A stretch of DNA of 58,897 nt from Octopus bimaculoides (GCF_001194135.2 NC_068981.1:59619291-59678187); one strand, 5' to 3'; positions 9,756-21,296 are shown, counted from the first letter of the stretch. The notes: generated by a model not told the origin, from the sequence alone. Numbers and translations: made by a program.

Positions 9756-12700
9756 ACTTTCTCACTTCCCCAAGCGTCAAACTAATACACCCGCTTGTCG
9801 TTTCTACAACTGTCTTCGTCTTTTGTTTTTCTGTATATTTGAACTATATATATGTATATATATATATATATGATTTCATAGATCGATTTTGAATCACCTT
9901 AAATAACTAATGCTATTTTTGTCAGAGTCAGCGCTTTGAATAAAAAATAGACAGAACAGAATAGAAAGGTATGAACGATACAGTGAGGGGAAGAGCAGTG
10001 AAAAGAGATAAGAAGTATAGGGGGAATGGAAATGTAAAGAGAAAAGCGAAAAAAAGTGATGAACTGGAAAAAATAGGAGAGAAAAAGAAAAAGAAGTAGA
10101 GGTAGGAGATACAGGATGGAAGGCTGAAAACAGGAAGAGAGACGAGATGGACAGAAATCAAAGGAGGAGCAGTAATAAAATATTTAGTGGTTTTAGTGTG
10201 TCTCAATGGGTCATGTCACCGAAAAACGTTGTCTTCTATATGCCACATCAAGAGAGGGTATTGAGATGTGATATTAGCCATTTGCTCCCATGGTCAGTTA
10301 TATATATACATTTAAAGAGAGAGGAAGAGAGTGATTAAAAGAAAGAGAAAAACATATTCAAACATAGTTAAAGGAAGAGTTATTTCCTTGTCTGTCGAGG
10401 CAGGACACTTTAGTATCTGTGACTCAAGTAACTCAGGCTGTTGGTGTTAGCCCCGTTCACAGCAATGATAGACGTTATAATAATAGTCACACTATATGGG
10501 TTTTCACTTATAATGTAAGTCTAGACTGCATACATTTAATTCCTTTTTCAAACGATATAAATATGAAATGCGGGAGATTTGGGTACTATTCATAGCAGAT
10601 CAAACAACTAGATAATTCAAGAGCAGCGGAGAATCTCCTCTTGATTCTTCTACGTTTCGCAGCTAGGTAATATAACTTCTGTGAATTTAACTGATTTCAA
10701 ACAAACTCATATATACTGACATACATACACATATGGCTACATGCTTTTATATCCTTTCTTTCACAAGAATGGACATGACTAGTATCGAAACTGACAATTC
10801 GTTCTTATTGAAGTGTTACGAAATCACTACAGAATAAAGAGCAAGCCAAGCTTATTCTAAAATTTAATATTTCTTGGCAATATTTTTCCAGCGTTGATGT
10901 ATTTAAAATTGATTTAGTTGCCTTCAACGAATATAACACATTCTCACTTTAAAATTGATTTACGAACACACAAAATGCAACCGCACTAAATATTCGGTAT
11001 CACAGCGCAAAATTGAGTGTAGCCTTGGGTATCTTTATAAACCTACAAATAAGAGGAATTGCGTTTGTTCAAGTGACTAAACTCAACGATTGTTAAATTG
11101 GACATGATTCCAAAGGTGACACATTACGTGTATCATGGATATAAGAATGTCATATATGTGTTATTAAGATGTCAACGTTACTGAAAAGAAATGCTTTTTC
11201 AATATGATTATTTCTGCAGTAATGCTCAGCTTTATTAAACATGATGATAGGTTTTCTTTAGAAGACTGAATGCTTGAGAGTTAAGATTCGTTTCAGTGTT
11301 AGAAGATCAGCCTTGGGAACTTCTTTTCTCTTCAGCGTTGTGATAAGATGTAGTTGTAAGATGTAGTTGTGATGACGATCTAATGAAACGTTTCTTCCGA
11401 GAATGTGTGGTTATCGTGACTTTACGAAAATACATATATACGTATATAAAGGCAATTTTTCGGATAAATAAATTAGATATATTAAACGTATTAAATAAAA
11501 TAGTTTGGGTATCAAATACAAAATATATACATATTTTGTATTTCATACCTAAACTATTAAATTTAACATATTTAATATATTTATCTAATTTGTTTATCTT
11601 CAAAATGGCCTCTATATCTGCTCAACTTGATCCGTCTTACAGTCATTTTTAACCTTGTGGGATCAATACCTTGCAAAGACATCGGAGGCTAAGTTTGAAT
11701 CTTTTGAGCACTACAAAGCGTTTTCTATACTGAGAGGTGTTTAGAGACCAGACCTGTCAATGCGCTGGAATATGCTAATATTGCTGAGGTTAAGAGACTT
11801 CTGTTTGCAAAGCGCAAAGGCCATAGTATATTATTACACAAAGGCTCTCAGTTGTGCAGCAGGATCTAGTAATTACCTATTACAAGAATACAAAATTGCT
11901 ACTGCTGCGATCTCTCAGGAAGATGCAGGTCATCTTTTAGGATGGCTTCGCCCGTGATATTTAAGCTAGTGCTGATGCAAACGACAGAAAGAAGGTCTAC
12001 CATCACTAGAAGCATGTTTGTAGGCCTAGGATTTACCGGCTGCTTTACTTTTCAAAGAAGGCGCTACCCTACTAATATCAACAGAAATCGCAGGTCTCTG
12101 GATTGAACATTTTCTAAACTTTTAAACTATGAGTCGGTTATAGATGATGCAGTTATTGTCCCTATTCAACAGAAACCTAGGAATGTAATATATCGAGACA
12201 GAAATTCGAATTATGACGGATGTTTGAGTTTCTAGACTAGTTTACTACGAAGATTTCTGTGAATTCTGGCAATGCGTTTCAAGCATTTCTTACCTTATGG
12301 GGTTCGTCCATACTGACAATCTTCCAGAAAATTTCTTGATGCCATTCTGAACAGTTTCCATCGGCTTCAAACTTATATCTAATTAGTGTCATGATAAGTT
12401 GCATAGATGAAGCTCTTTTAAGCTCCTTCTTAAACTTTGAACTTCTATTGCTTTTTCAAACTTCCAGTGGCACGTTATGGCAAATTTCCTTTCTTAAAAG
12501 CTTAGTCGGGCTCGAACTGTTATTTGTTAAGGGTAAAATCTATATCGAGGTTTTAACTAGCATATTCACACTAACCTATGATTTAATTTGTCGAACTTCA
12601 TTCTATAATATAAATATCATATACTTAATATACATATGTGTGTGTGTATGTGTGTAAACAGTCAGTGATGTATGGCATATTGGTGTGTAAGTGATTGTAT

Positions 12701-13189
12701 AAGTATGAGCTAATGGATGACTGTATTTTGCGTAATGGTACAGTTTGGCATGTGACTAAGGTTGAATGCACGTGTGTATGTCTATAATTGCATGCACAAT
12801 ACATAATACATGCACGAGTATGTAGATCTATTTATATATTTACGTTTGTACATATATATCAATATACATTAGGGAGATGACTTTTTTCAAGTCGAGTAAG
12901 GCCAAGTTACCAAAGTTACCAGAAGATGAACTTTATGGTATAATGTCAAAAAATCATAATCATTTCTTTCTTTGACTCAAAAATCTCATCCACCAATGAC
13001 AATATATTTGACAACACTTTTACTACGGACATGCATATATTGTTCAAGTAATAAGACATACTCTTATGCATTGTTAACGTAATAAGTGCGGCCTAATACA
13101 GGAGCAGTTTTCAACGATACTTGTTGTTTAAAACGAATCGCAGATTTAATTTTTCAGCAGATCTGCAATCTAATTCCTCCATTATTTTT

Positions 13190-14560
13190 ACTGAACATCT
13201 TGAATTACCTATTCTTCTAGATTCCAATTAACTTTCAAACATTTGCTTGCTTTAGTATATCCAGAAACTGCTGCTGAAAGTTTCTGGCAGGCTATGCTGT
13301 CAAATCTTTGGCTAGAAAACCATATTTCCTTTAAGTTTCCGCTGATAAAACAACACACACCGTAGAGTTTTTCTCTACTTTGCGGTTGAAGCATTATGTG
13401 AGGAGGTCAAGGTTGTTCGTGAATTCCAACGTGCATTGCTAAGTCTAGGAAGTTTTCTAAACATATTTTCTAGGAAAATGCTTTGTTGCTAATAAAATCG
13501 GAAAGCATAACCGAGTTGAAATAAAAACTTAAGGTTATCTCTCCAATCTGAATTATCATCCATTTGAAGTTTTGCTTCTCCTCGTTTCCATTCTGCCATC
13601 AAATCTTCATAGTTTTTTTTTTATTAAATCTTCTATGAAAGGATATGATATATTTGGTGATGCAGTTTTTCCTTTCAGTGTATCATCAATCACATGTTTT
13701 AGGAGGCAGTCTAACACATTACGTTGGCAACTAATATATTGAGGTGCAGGATATCCACGCTTTACAAATTCGTTCTGAAGTTCAATGACCACTCCATTAT
13801 ACTTTCCTGTATTTACGCTACATGTGGCTGTAATGATCATATCATTTTAATTGCTGGCCACAATTCGTAATCATCCAAAACTTAGATTAGCCTTGTAAAA
13901 TGGTATCTGCTCTGCCATTCTTCCGAGTTAGTGTTGCTAATCTAATTTCTCTCGTGTTGTTTTTCACTACAATAACTTGTCTTTCTTTACCATTCATAGC
14001 CTTTCCATCAAAATGGAGCACCCACTGATCATTTTTTTAAAAGTATTTAAAAGTATTTATTAGTTCCTGCTTCATTTTCCGGCCCCTCTCATAGTAACTT
14101 TGTACACTTCTGACTGTGATGGAGTGGGGCGAAGTACTCCTTCCTCTCTCAGCTGTTTTGACTGCTTAAATTCTTTTTTTTTCAGCAAGTTCATTGCTTT
14201 CTGAGTTGAGTGCTGTTGCTGTTTAGAGGTTCCAACTTGTTCGTCTACTTGTAATGTGATTTCATCTGCAGAATCAAAAGTAGGGGTTTCTGATGATGAT
14301 GATGACGATGATGATGTATCTGCAATAAGTTGGGTGCATATTAGTGACATCAATGCATACAAAAAATTTGTGTAATATTTGAGAATATTTTAGGCACGTT
14401 ACTTTATCTGCTTCAGCATATGGAAGAAACGTTTGTGAAGTTAAAGCTGACACTCTTGACGAGGAAGGTGATCACTTTGAATGATGAATCATAACTAACC
14501 GAGATGACTGGGTAGCATGAAACACGAAGAGAGAGCAGGACGCCCATTAGCTTCCACTAC
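13190..14560 (-). pseudogene. Degenerate DDE transposase, hAT-related (possibly hATm-like)
   Basis: Frameshifted minus-strand reading gives WVLHFDGK, (D)TCSVNTG, PQYISCQRNVLD (decayed CxxH), WRDNLKFLF and LPRLSNARWNSR. The RW motif and motif order fit the hAT group. A possible terminus TAGGG lies at 12870. Confidence 0.6.
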
Positions 14561-14569
14561 TGAAATAAA

Positions 14570-14830
14570 GATTCACTTAACTCGAGAGACGTTTCCGATG
14601 AACAGACAAGTGGTCATCAATGAGGTGGTATGTACAGTGTAACTTGGGGAGGGGTGTCAAAAGAGTTTACCAAAGCGTATAAGCGCAATCGTGTGGAGAT
14701 CTGGCAACTCTTGACCGCTACGCCGATGGATGTGAAGGTTTATTGGAGAGATTAAGCACAGGAGATGAGACCTGCGTCCATCCCTTTCCGACAGAATCCA
14801 ATAGGCTGAGTATGGAGTGGAAACACTCGT
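14570..14830 (+). mobile_element. Mariner transposase fragment
   Basis: Reads LLERLSTGDETCVHPFPTESNRLSMEWKH, matching the mariner first catalytic Asp block (TGDETWV..Y.PE....SMEW.H). Confidence 0.75.
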
Positions 14831-15899
14831 AATCGTCAGTGACTTTATACATGTTCCAGACTCCTTTTGAATCAGTTTACATCCGCTTTGTCATCCTCTT
14901 CACTCGGACTTTGCAAGTACGTTTATGGACTTACACCTTTATATATATATATTCATTTATGAATTTTTATGCGTTTGCAAATTTTTATATGTGTATGAAT
15001 TTTTATATATTTGTAATTTCTCATGTATATATATGTATTTATAAATTCTTAGAATTGTTTAATATATCATATATCTTTAAAATTGTTTCAGATTCAAAGC
15101 TGCGATTATGCTGGGGTACCATCTTTGACCGTTATTTCGTGAATGAGGTTTAATGTTGCTATCCTCATTTGGGTTTCCTGCAGTGTGGGTAGGCTCATCT
15201 AGAACCCTTGACAGGGAGAGACCCTGTTTTGTTTTGAAGACACCTACATCTCCACTATGCTGGTCTCTCAGGCAAACATGTTTAACACCAAGCAGTCATT
15301 TATATTGTATTTAATCCCAATTAGAAATATACAATCGTCGCTGTTTGTGAGTGCACAAATAAATAAATAATTGACCACATTCTTAAAGAAAAATCGTGAT
15401 AATGTCTTGGGGATGGCAGAAAGGATATTATTGATTAAATGAGGCTTCGTACAATAATGTTTTTAACGACAGCGATTAACGATGCATAACTTAACAGGAA
15501 TTGTGTATGTTTTCATTACTTAGCCAAAAGTAGGAGAATCAATAACGCATGATGATTTCAGTCACCTAGATCGATTTACTTGACGCTGTATTTCAACTTG
15601 TTAAATTTCGAAAGGATTGCGGCTCTGAATATCGATTACTGAAGAAATTATTACATGTAGCGTGTGATGGCTACAAACAAACGTAGGGAAACGAAGCTGC
15701 GTTATTAGCTTGTGGTTGCAAGGTGTTGCTGATTAAAACTATATCTATCAAATTGATGGATTTGTTTTGGATGCTATCCAAGGTCTGTATATATGAGCGT
15801 AATTCGAAGGAGATGTACTCCGGTTTTGGAGATTATTACTATTAAATCATATTTGATATATTTCATAGAAAAGAATATGAACTATCCAAAAGAATAATA

Positions 15900-16608
15900 C
15901 ACTTCTATATTTAAGAGATAAGGAATTATGTACATTATTTACATTTGACGGATATTTGTCATCTTGTTTGTTGTTAACACAATGTTTCGGCTGATATACC
16001 CTCCATCATGTATCTTGAGGAAATTTCGAACCTGAGTTCTAGTTCCTAAGTTAATTTTCGATGTTTTTGTTGTTGTTATTATTATTATTATTTAGGTCAT
16101 TGCCTGGAATTGAACTCGGAATCTTGGGGTTAGTAGCATGCGCTCTTAACCATTACGCCAGATGCCCGTGGGAAATTATAGGGTGAATTTTAGTGCTTAT
16201 AAATCTAATATTTTACTATCCTTCCTTAATACCGGTTCCCATATACTACTCATATCTGCACTCGGTCTGCTTAGGAGGCTGTTGTATCCTAGCATAGGTG
16301 CTGCTTCTTTTAGTTTTCTTATTTTCCAGTGGTGATCTCTGTCTATTATTTTAACTTCATTCCACAGGGGGAGGTGGTCTCCATTTTCCATACATGATTA
16401 GCTATACACGATTTAACAATATCTCCTCGTATCAACAGCTTTGCGATGTTCCTTTACCCTTATTTTGAGAGGGCGGCATGTTTTGTCTTTGTATAACCTA
16501 CCACAGCTGCATGGGATGGAGTACACGCTGTTCTTAGTCATATTCTCTTCTATTGGTGGTTTTACTCGAATGAGATATTTGCGAAGTATTGTATTACTCC
16601 TGAATACT
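15900..16608 (-). mobile_element. Penelope-like element 3' part: GIY-YIG endonuclease remnant, tRNA-like module, decayed hammerhead
   Basis: ORF pieces KNSVYSIPCSCGRLYKDKTCRPLKIRVKEHRKAV and HLPLWNEVKIIDRDHHWKIRKLKEAA...LLSRPS are a Penelope/Poseidon-type GIY-YIG C-terminus. The tRNA-like block is at 16095-16168 and the hammerhead remnant at 15976-16014. Confidence 0.85.
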
Positions 16609-16670
16609 GTAGTGGTTAAGAGCACAGGCTACTAATCCCAAGATTTCGAGTTCGATTCCAAAGAGTGACC
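16609..16670 (+). other. tRNA-Ser-like Pol III promoter module inside the PLE 3' end (not a functional tRNA)
   Basis: gtagtggttaag (A box, Ser-type D loop), anticodon-like loop CT-ACT-AA, B box gagttcgattcc. No long variable arm; T and acceptor stems are degenerate. Confidence 0.7.
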
Positions 16671-16764
16671 TGAATAATAATATTATACTAATAATAATAA
16701 TAATGATAATAATAACATCGAAAAATACCTTAGGAATGAGAACTCAGATTCGAAATTTCCCCAA

Positions 16765-16810
16765 GACACCTGATGAATGCTTGAGGGTATATGAGCCGAA
16801 ACGTTGTGTT
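16765..16810 (+). ncRNA. Minimal type I hammerhead (PLE type, expected to act as a dimer)
   Basis: GACAC-CTGATGA-a-tgctt gagggtatat gagcc-GAAACGT-T-GTGTT. Stem I GACAC/GUGUU, ACGT palindromic stem III; stem II is partly mismatched in this copy. Confidence 0.7.
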
Positions 16811-16850
16811 AACAACAAACAATATGAGGATAAATATCCCACAAATGTAA

Positions 16851-17265
16851 TTGATTCTTTTATTCTTTTACTTATTTCAGTCATTTAACTGCGGTCATGC
16901 TGGAGCACCGCCTTTAGTAGAGCAAATTAACCCCAGGACGTATTCTTTGTAAGCCTAGTACTTATTCTATCAGTGTTTTTTGCTGAACCGATAAGTTACA
17001 GGGACGTAAACACACCAGCATCGGTTGTCAAGCCCATGTTGAAGGGACAAGCACAGACACTCAAACATATATACGCACATACTTATATTTATACATATAT
17101 ACGACGGGCTTCCTTTAGTTTCCGTCTACCAAATCCACTCACAAAGCTTTGATCGGCCCCAGGCTATAGTAGAAGATACTCACCCAAGGTGCCACGCAGT
17201 GGAATTGAACCCGGAATCATGTGGTTGATAAGCAAGCTACTTACCACACAGACACTCCTGAGCCT
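16851..17265 (-). mobile_element. SINE family A, full length, inserted into the PLE tail
   Basis: Complete head to (AAGAAT)-type tail; flanked by the direct repeat AATGTAA (16844-16850 and 17266-17272). Confidence 0.9.
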
Positions 17266-18559
17266 AATGTAAATAATGTAAATAGTGTATTCAAAAGAAT
17301 GTTTGATAATTATATGTATGTAAGTCCACAACAAAATATTTGTAACGTATAATTTTCAAGAGTAATTGGTTTAATAAATACCTTGTTAAGAATGAAATCC
17401 CATCATGACATTATGTATTGTCTAAATAATATGCTATACATTTAGATAACAATTAAAAATTGTGTTAGTATATCTCCATCACTTAGGTGTAAGCTGGCAT
17501 ACTTATATATTTAACTTGAAATATCAATGTTTAAAACCATTATCGAATATTTTGTAAATATAATTTTAATAAAGGGAAAAGAATAATTCAAGAACTCCAG
17601 ATAAGTTTTGAAAGAATGCTTGGTTAATAATAAAACTGATGAAGTGGTGTCGGGTTACTTTCAAATCAGCTCTACATTAATGTCAATATAGTTCACAATA
17701 TTATCCAACAGTAGAATAAGAAATATATTTTCAACGTTCATGTCGGCCAGTTTTACTGGTGAATGATATAATGCAGCTTGAGCGGATTACATTAGAAAGT
17801 TACAAAACTGGCGAGTGCAGAATGCTAAATTTATAAGACCAGCAAGCTCTGGGTCGAAACTACAAAACAAAAACTACATTTTCAAAATCAAATTTTTGAA
17901 GTCGAAAAACCAATAAGCAAGTGGTGTTTAATCGGAGAAATCCCGCAGAAAAATCAGAAGAATTCAGTTTCCACCTTCTGAAAGTTATCAGGGAAATCTC
18001 TAGTTATGATTCAATCAGAAAATTGTCATCTCTGATGAAGATTATTGCAGTAGAAACGGAAAGAAAAAAGTCGAAACTCTGTTATCTTCAAGGCAATGCC
18101 TAATAGAAAAAAAGAAAAACAGAAACGCATGCGCCTTTTAGTTTGGATATTCGTCTTACCCAAACTCTGCTTTAAACAATATTTCGAGGTTTCATTATTT
18201 TATTCACATTTATTATTGAAAATCAAAACGAGCTTAAGTAAGCAGAGGATTGAGGCAGTTATATAATTTTGGATGATATACCTTCAAAAATGCCTTTCCT
18301 GATCGTGCTGCTATTTTGTCTAAATGTGCTCACAATATTTGTGATTATGTAAAGAAATTGTATAAGTATACATTATAATAATAGAGTGAAACCAAATAAT
18401 GATATTTTTAACGCATTTATTACGTTAGGATAAAGATTAGGATAGAATTAGGATAGAATCGACTACGTAAATATTTTTTCACACACACAGAAACACATTT
18501 TTATGCATATATATATATACATATATATATATGGACAAAAAAGTCAAGGTAGAAAATGG

Positions 18560-18900
18560 CGTCTTCCGATTGTGCGGCTACTATTCAACAATAGCACAGG
18601 TTTACAGATTTTCTATGAATCTTGCAACATGACCGGCCCATCGCAGATTCGCATAGTGGTATTCTGCGACGACGTCCTTCACTCTAGTTGTATCCATGAT
18701 CTCGTTCCAGGTGTGATCTCTTAGCGAGATTCCCAACACCGTATTTTCCTCTATCTTGACCTCGGGAACGTGCACTAGCGACCATATCCACATACACCGT
18801 CGTGACGTGAGATTTTTAACGTTATAGTTGTAAAAGGACGACAACGTGAGAGAGGTACCAGAGAAAATTCGGGTTCGGTGAGAGAAATCAGAGAGTGACC
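18560..18900 (-). mobile_element. RTE-clade LINE C-terminal fragment
   Basis: VLGISLRDHTWNEIMDTTRVKDVVAEYHYANLRWAGHVARF matches the RTE post-RT LRWAGHV motif. Confidence 0.75.
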
Positions 18901-18923
18901 ATGGCAGATTCATACACGCAGGC

Positions 18924-18925
<2 letters not shown>

Positions 18926-18975
<50 letters not shown>

Positions 18976-19030
18976 NNNNNNNNNNNNNNNNNNNNNNNNN
19001 NNNNNNNNNNNNNNNNNNNNACACACACAT
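18926..19030. repeat. (CA)n microsatellite spanning a gap
   Basis: Direct reading. Confidence 0.9.
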
Positions 19031-19042
19031 ATATATATATTT

Positions 19043-19352
19043 AGGCGCAGGAGTGACTGTGTAGTAAGTAGCTTGTTTACCAACCACATGGTTCCGAGTT
19101 CACTCCCACTGCGGGCTAGTGTCATCTACTGTAGCTTCGAGTCGATTAAAAGTTTTGTGAGTAGATTTGGTAGACATAGAATGAAAGAATCCCGTCGTAT
19201 ATATATATGTATGTATGTGAGTGTATATGTTTATATGTCTGTGCTTGCCCCTCCCCAAAACATCGCTTGACAACCGATGGTGGTATGTTTACGTCCCCGT
19301 CCCTAGCGATTCAGCAAAAGACACCGATAGAATAAGTACTAGGCTTACAAAG
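19043..19352 (+). mobile_element. SINE family A (3' end lost in a gap)
   Basis: aggcgcaggagtgactgtgtagtaagtagcttg...ggttccgagttcactcccactgcg, central (TA/TG)n, then gacaaccgatggtggtatgtttacgtcccc. Confidence 0.9.
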
Positions 19353-19363
19353 ANNNNNNNNNN

Positions 19364-19396
<33 letters not shown>

Positions 19397-19812
19397 GTAT
19401 AAAATACGCTTCGTAGTGCTCAAGAAATTTGAACTCGACTAGGTAGAGAAGTAAATGTAACGACAAGCAAGATAAATCCATATACAAAAAATGTTAAATA
19501 CATTTATTACAAAGAATGTACCTATGTATGCATATAAAAGAAGTCCGACGTACTCAGAATGGAAATGATATCAGTAATTATGGGGGATGCGTAGGAGGTT
19601 TACGAGTCCAACACAGCAGTTTCTTGGGGATTGGTGGTCCAAAATGATGCTTGTAAATAGATTCCACGTCGCATACCAGCATCCCTCGTCTTTAGGGAAG
19701 AATTTTACGCTTGACGTGTTGACAGAATGGATACGCACGCAGCACGCNNNNNNNNNNTTTACGCTTGACGTGTTGACAGAATGGATACGCACGCAGCACG
19801 CCCCCCCCCCAC

Positions 19813-20182
19813 ATATATTAAGGGCATTACTATACATAAATGCCTCACGCTAGGAGGGATTCTAAAAGTCAAACAACCATAAACACATTTTACCGAAAGC
19901 GAGGGAATGCATTTCTCGAAGCGAGCCTATTAAAATCAAACTTAGCGAGGTTTCATGATTTCATAATCAGTGCAGTATATGCACTGTCTACTCTTCAGTA
20001 CACGCATGGTCAAGACACATAAAAATAAAGGAAAATCAACATACCAGGCGAACACTCCATGTAGCCTGCATAGTACATATAACTTGTTTATACCTATATA
20101 TCTACGTAAGAGTCGGACTTTTCGAATTGCATGTCGGTACACGTTTTTGTTCAGAATAAAATTCAGCACTGAATATATTCTG
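19813..20182. mobile_element. Diverged half-copy of the palindromic element (one arm plus the central hairpin)
   Basis: Begins tatattaagggcattactatacataaatgcctcacgct and follows 8896-9257 collinearly. Ends in the hairpin CAGAATAAAATTCAG-ca-CTGAATATATTCTG (20152-20182). Confidence 0.85.
19945..20005 (-). ncRNA. Decayed hammerhead with an alternative, fully paired stem II
   Basis: Minus strand: GCGTGTA-CTGAAGA-GTAG a CAGTGCA tatac TGCACTG at TAT-GAAATCATGA-aacctcgc. Core and stem III palindrome are retained; the cleavage site and stem I 3' strand are mutated. Confidence 0.65.
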
Positions 20183-20300
20183 GTTAAATTTACAATTTAA
20201 ATATAGGATAAAATCTTTATAAGAATTGATCATGTAGTTAGCGTGAAAAAAACCTCATAAGGGAAAAATTTATTAATTATTCTCTATAAATATATTTATT

Positions 20301-20440
20301 TATATTAAGGGCATTACTATACATAAATGCCTCACGCTAGGAGGCACTCTAAAAGTTAAACTACCATAATAAACACATTTTACCGAAAGCGAGGGAATTC
20401 ATTTTTCGAAGCGAGCCTTATAAAATCACCCCTTAATATA
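20301..20440. mobile_element. Mini derivative of the palindromic element (140 bp)
   Basis: Same first ~120 bp as the 19813 copy; ends tatattaaggg...cccttaatata (11-bp inverted termini); lacks the hammerhead. Confidence 0.75.
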
Positions 20441-21074
20441 AACAAATAACATAAATAAATATAAATACAAATAAACAATATTTTTTACGAATGAAGTGGG
20501 TAACTGTTAATTGTAATATTTTCGTTTTTTGACAGAAATTTCTGCGAAATATTTGACAATTTTTTTTTGTCTTGTTAGCCTGGTGCCATTTTCTAATAAT
20601 TGATCAAATTATATCGTTTGTTTCTATTAACATTTTCCTAAAATAGCCTTTCGCAAACAATATCACTTCTGATAAAAAAAAATAATTAACTTAAAACAAA
20701 ACCAAAGCTTAATTCACTTTGAAAGAAATATTTGTGTATGTTTAGTTGTTTAAATACCGTTCAAATTAGCAGATGTAGAAGGCAGGAAATTAGTGTGGCC
20801 GAAGAGGAATTGTCTGTTACTGTTAGCCTAAATTTAATAAGTTCAGCTAGAAATGAATTGCAGCTCATCTGCAATATTATACGTCACCTTCGAAAATATA
20901 ATGTCAATATTTTTCTTAAATTGCGGAAAGCATCTAAGTTAGAAGGATTCGGTTATTTGAAAATTGACACATGTAGTTTAACCTTCATTGAGCCGTCTTT
21001 GATCGTATTTTCATTTTATCAAAAGAAATTCTTACTACGACCTTCCTATTTGTGATATATAGAGAGAGCTATAA

Positions 21075-21296
21075 TGCAGCTAGCCAGCAGAACGGTTAGC
21101 ACGCTGGGAAAGATACTTAGCGTCATTTCGACCGTCTTTAAGTCCTGAGTTCAATTCTTCAGAGGTCAAATTAGCCTTTCATCTGTTCGAGGACGATGAA
21201 ATAAGTTCTAGTTGTGCACGTGCGTCAATGCTATTGACTGGCCACACTTTTCCAGAGTTTCTTGCTGTGTGTCTACAGTAGAAAGGAATATATTTT
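21075..21296 (+). mobile_element. SINE family B, diverged
   Basis: Collinear with 7104-7318; flanked by the direct repeat GAGAGAGCTAT (21062-21072 and 21297-21307). Confidence 0.8.

Larger units (their letters stand above)
16609..16850 (+). mobile_element. Inverted copy of the same PLE 3' end (pseudo-LTR)
   Basis: Reverse complement of about 15935-16160; starts at the tRNA-like A box and contains the hammerhead at 16765-16810. Confidence 0.85.

Noticed and set aside
12200-12420. Possible OTU deubiquitinase remnant (EADGNC on the minus strand)
   Set aside because: Only a 5-6 residue match; the downstream OTU motifs (WG...E, His box) were not found.
14575-14620. TTGATGA...GGAAACGTC on the minus strand as a hammerhead
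   Set aside because: No convincing stem II or stem I, and it lies within a mariner coding fragment.
16095-16168. Functional tRNA-Ser(ACT) gene
   Set aside because: Acceptor and T stems are unpaired, the Ser variable arm is missing, and all copies lie inside PLE ends.
18028-18065. CTGATGA...GAAACGG as a hammerhead
   Set aside because: No stem II and no NUH triplet after GAAAC.
18425-18460. Telomere-like repeat
   Set aside because: The unit is TTAGGATAGAA-like, about three imperfect copies, not a TTAGGG array.
19703-19800. 44-bp direct repeat
   Set aside because: The two copies flank a 10-N gap exactly, typical of unmerged contig overlap.
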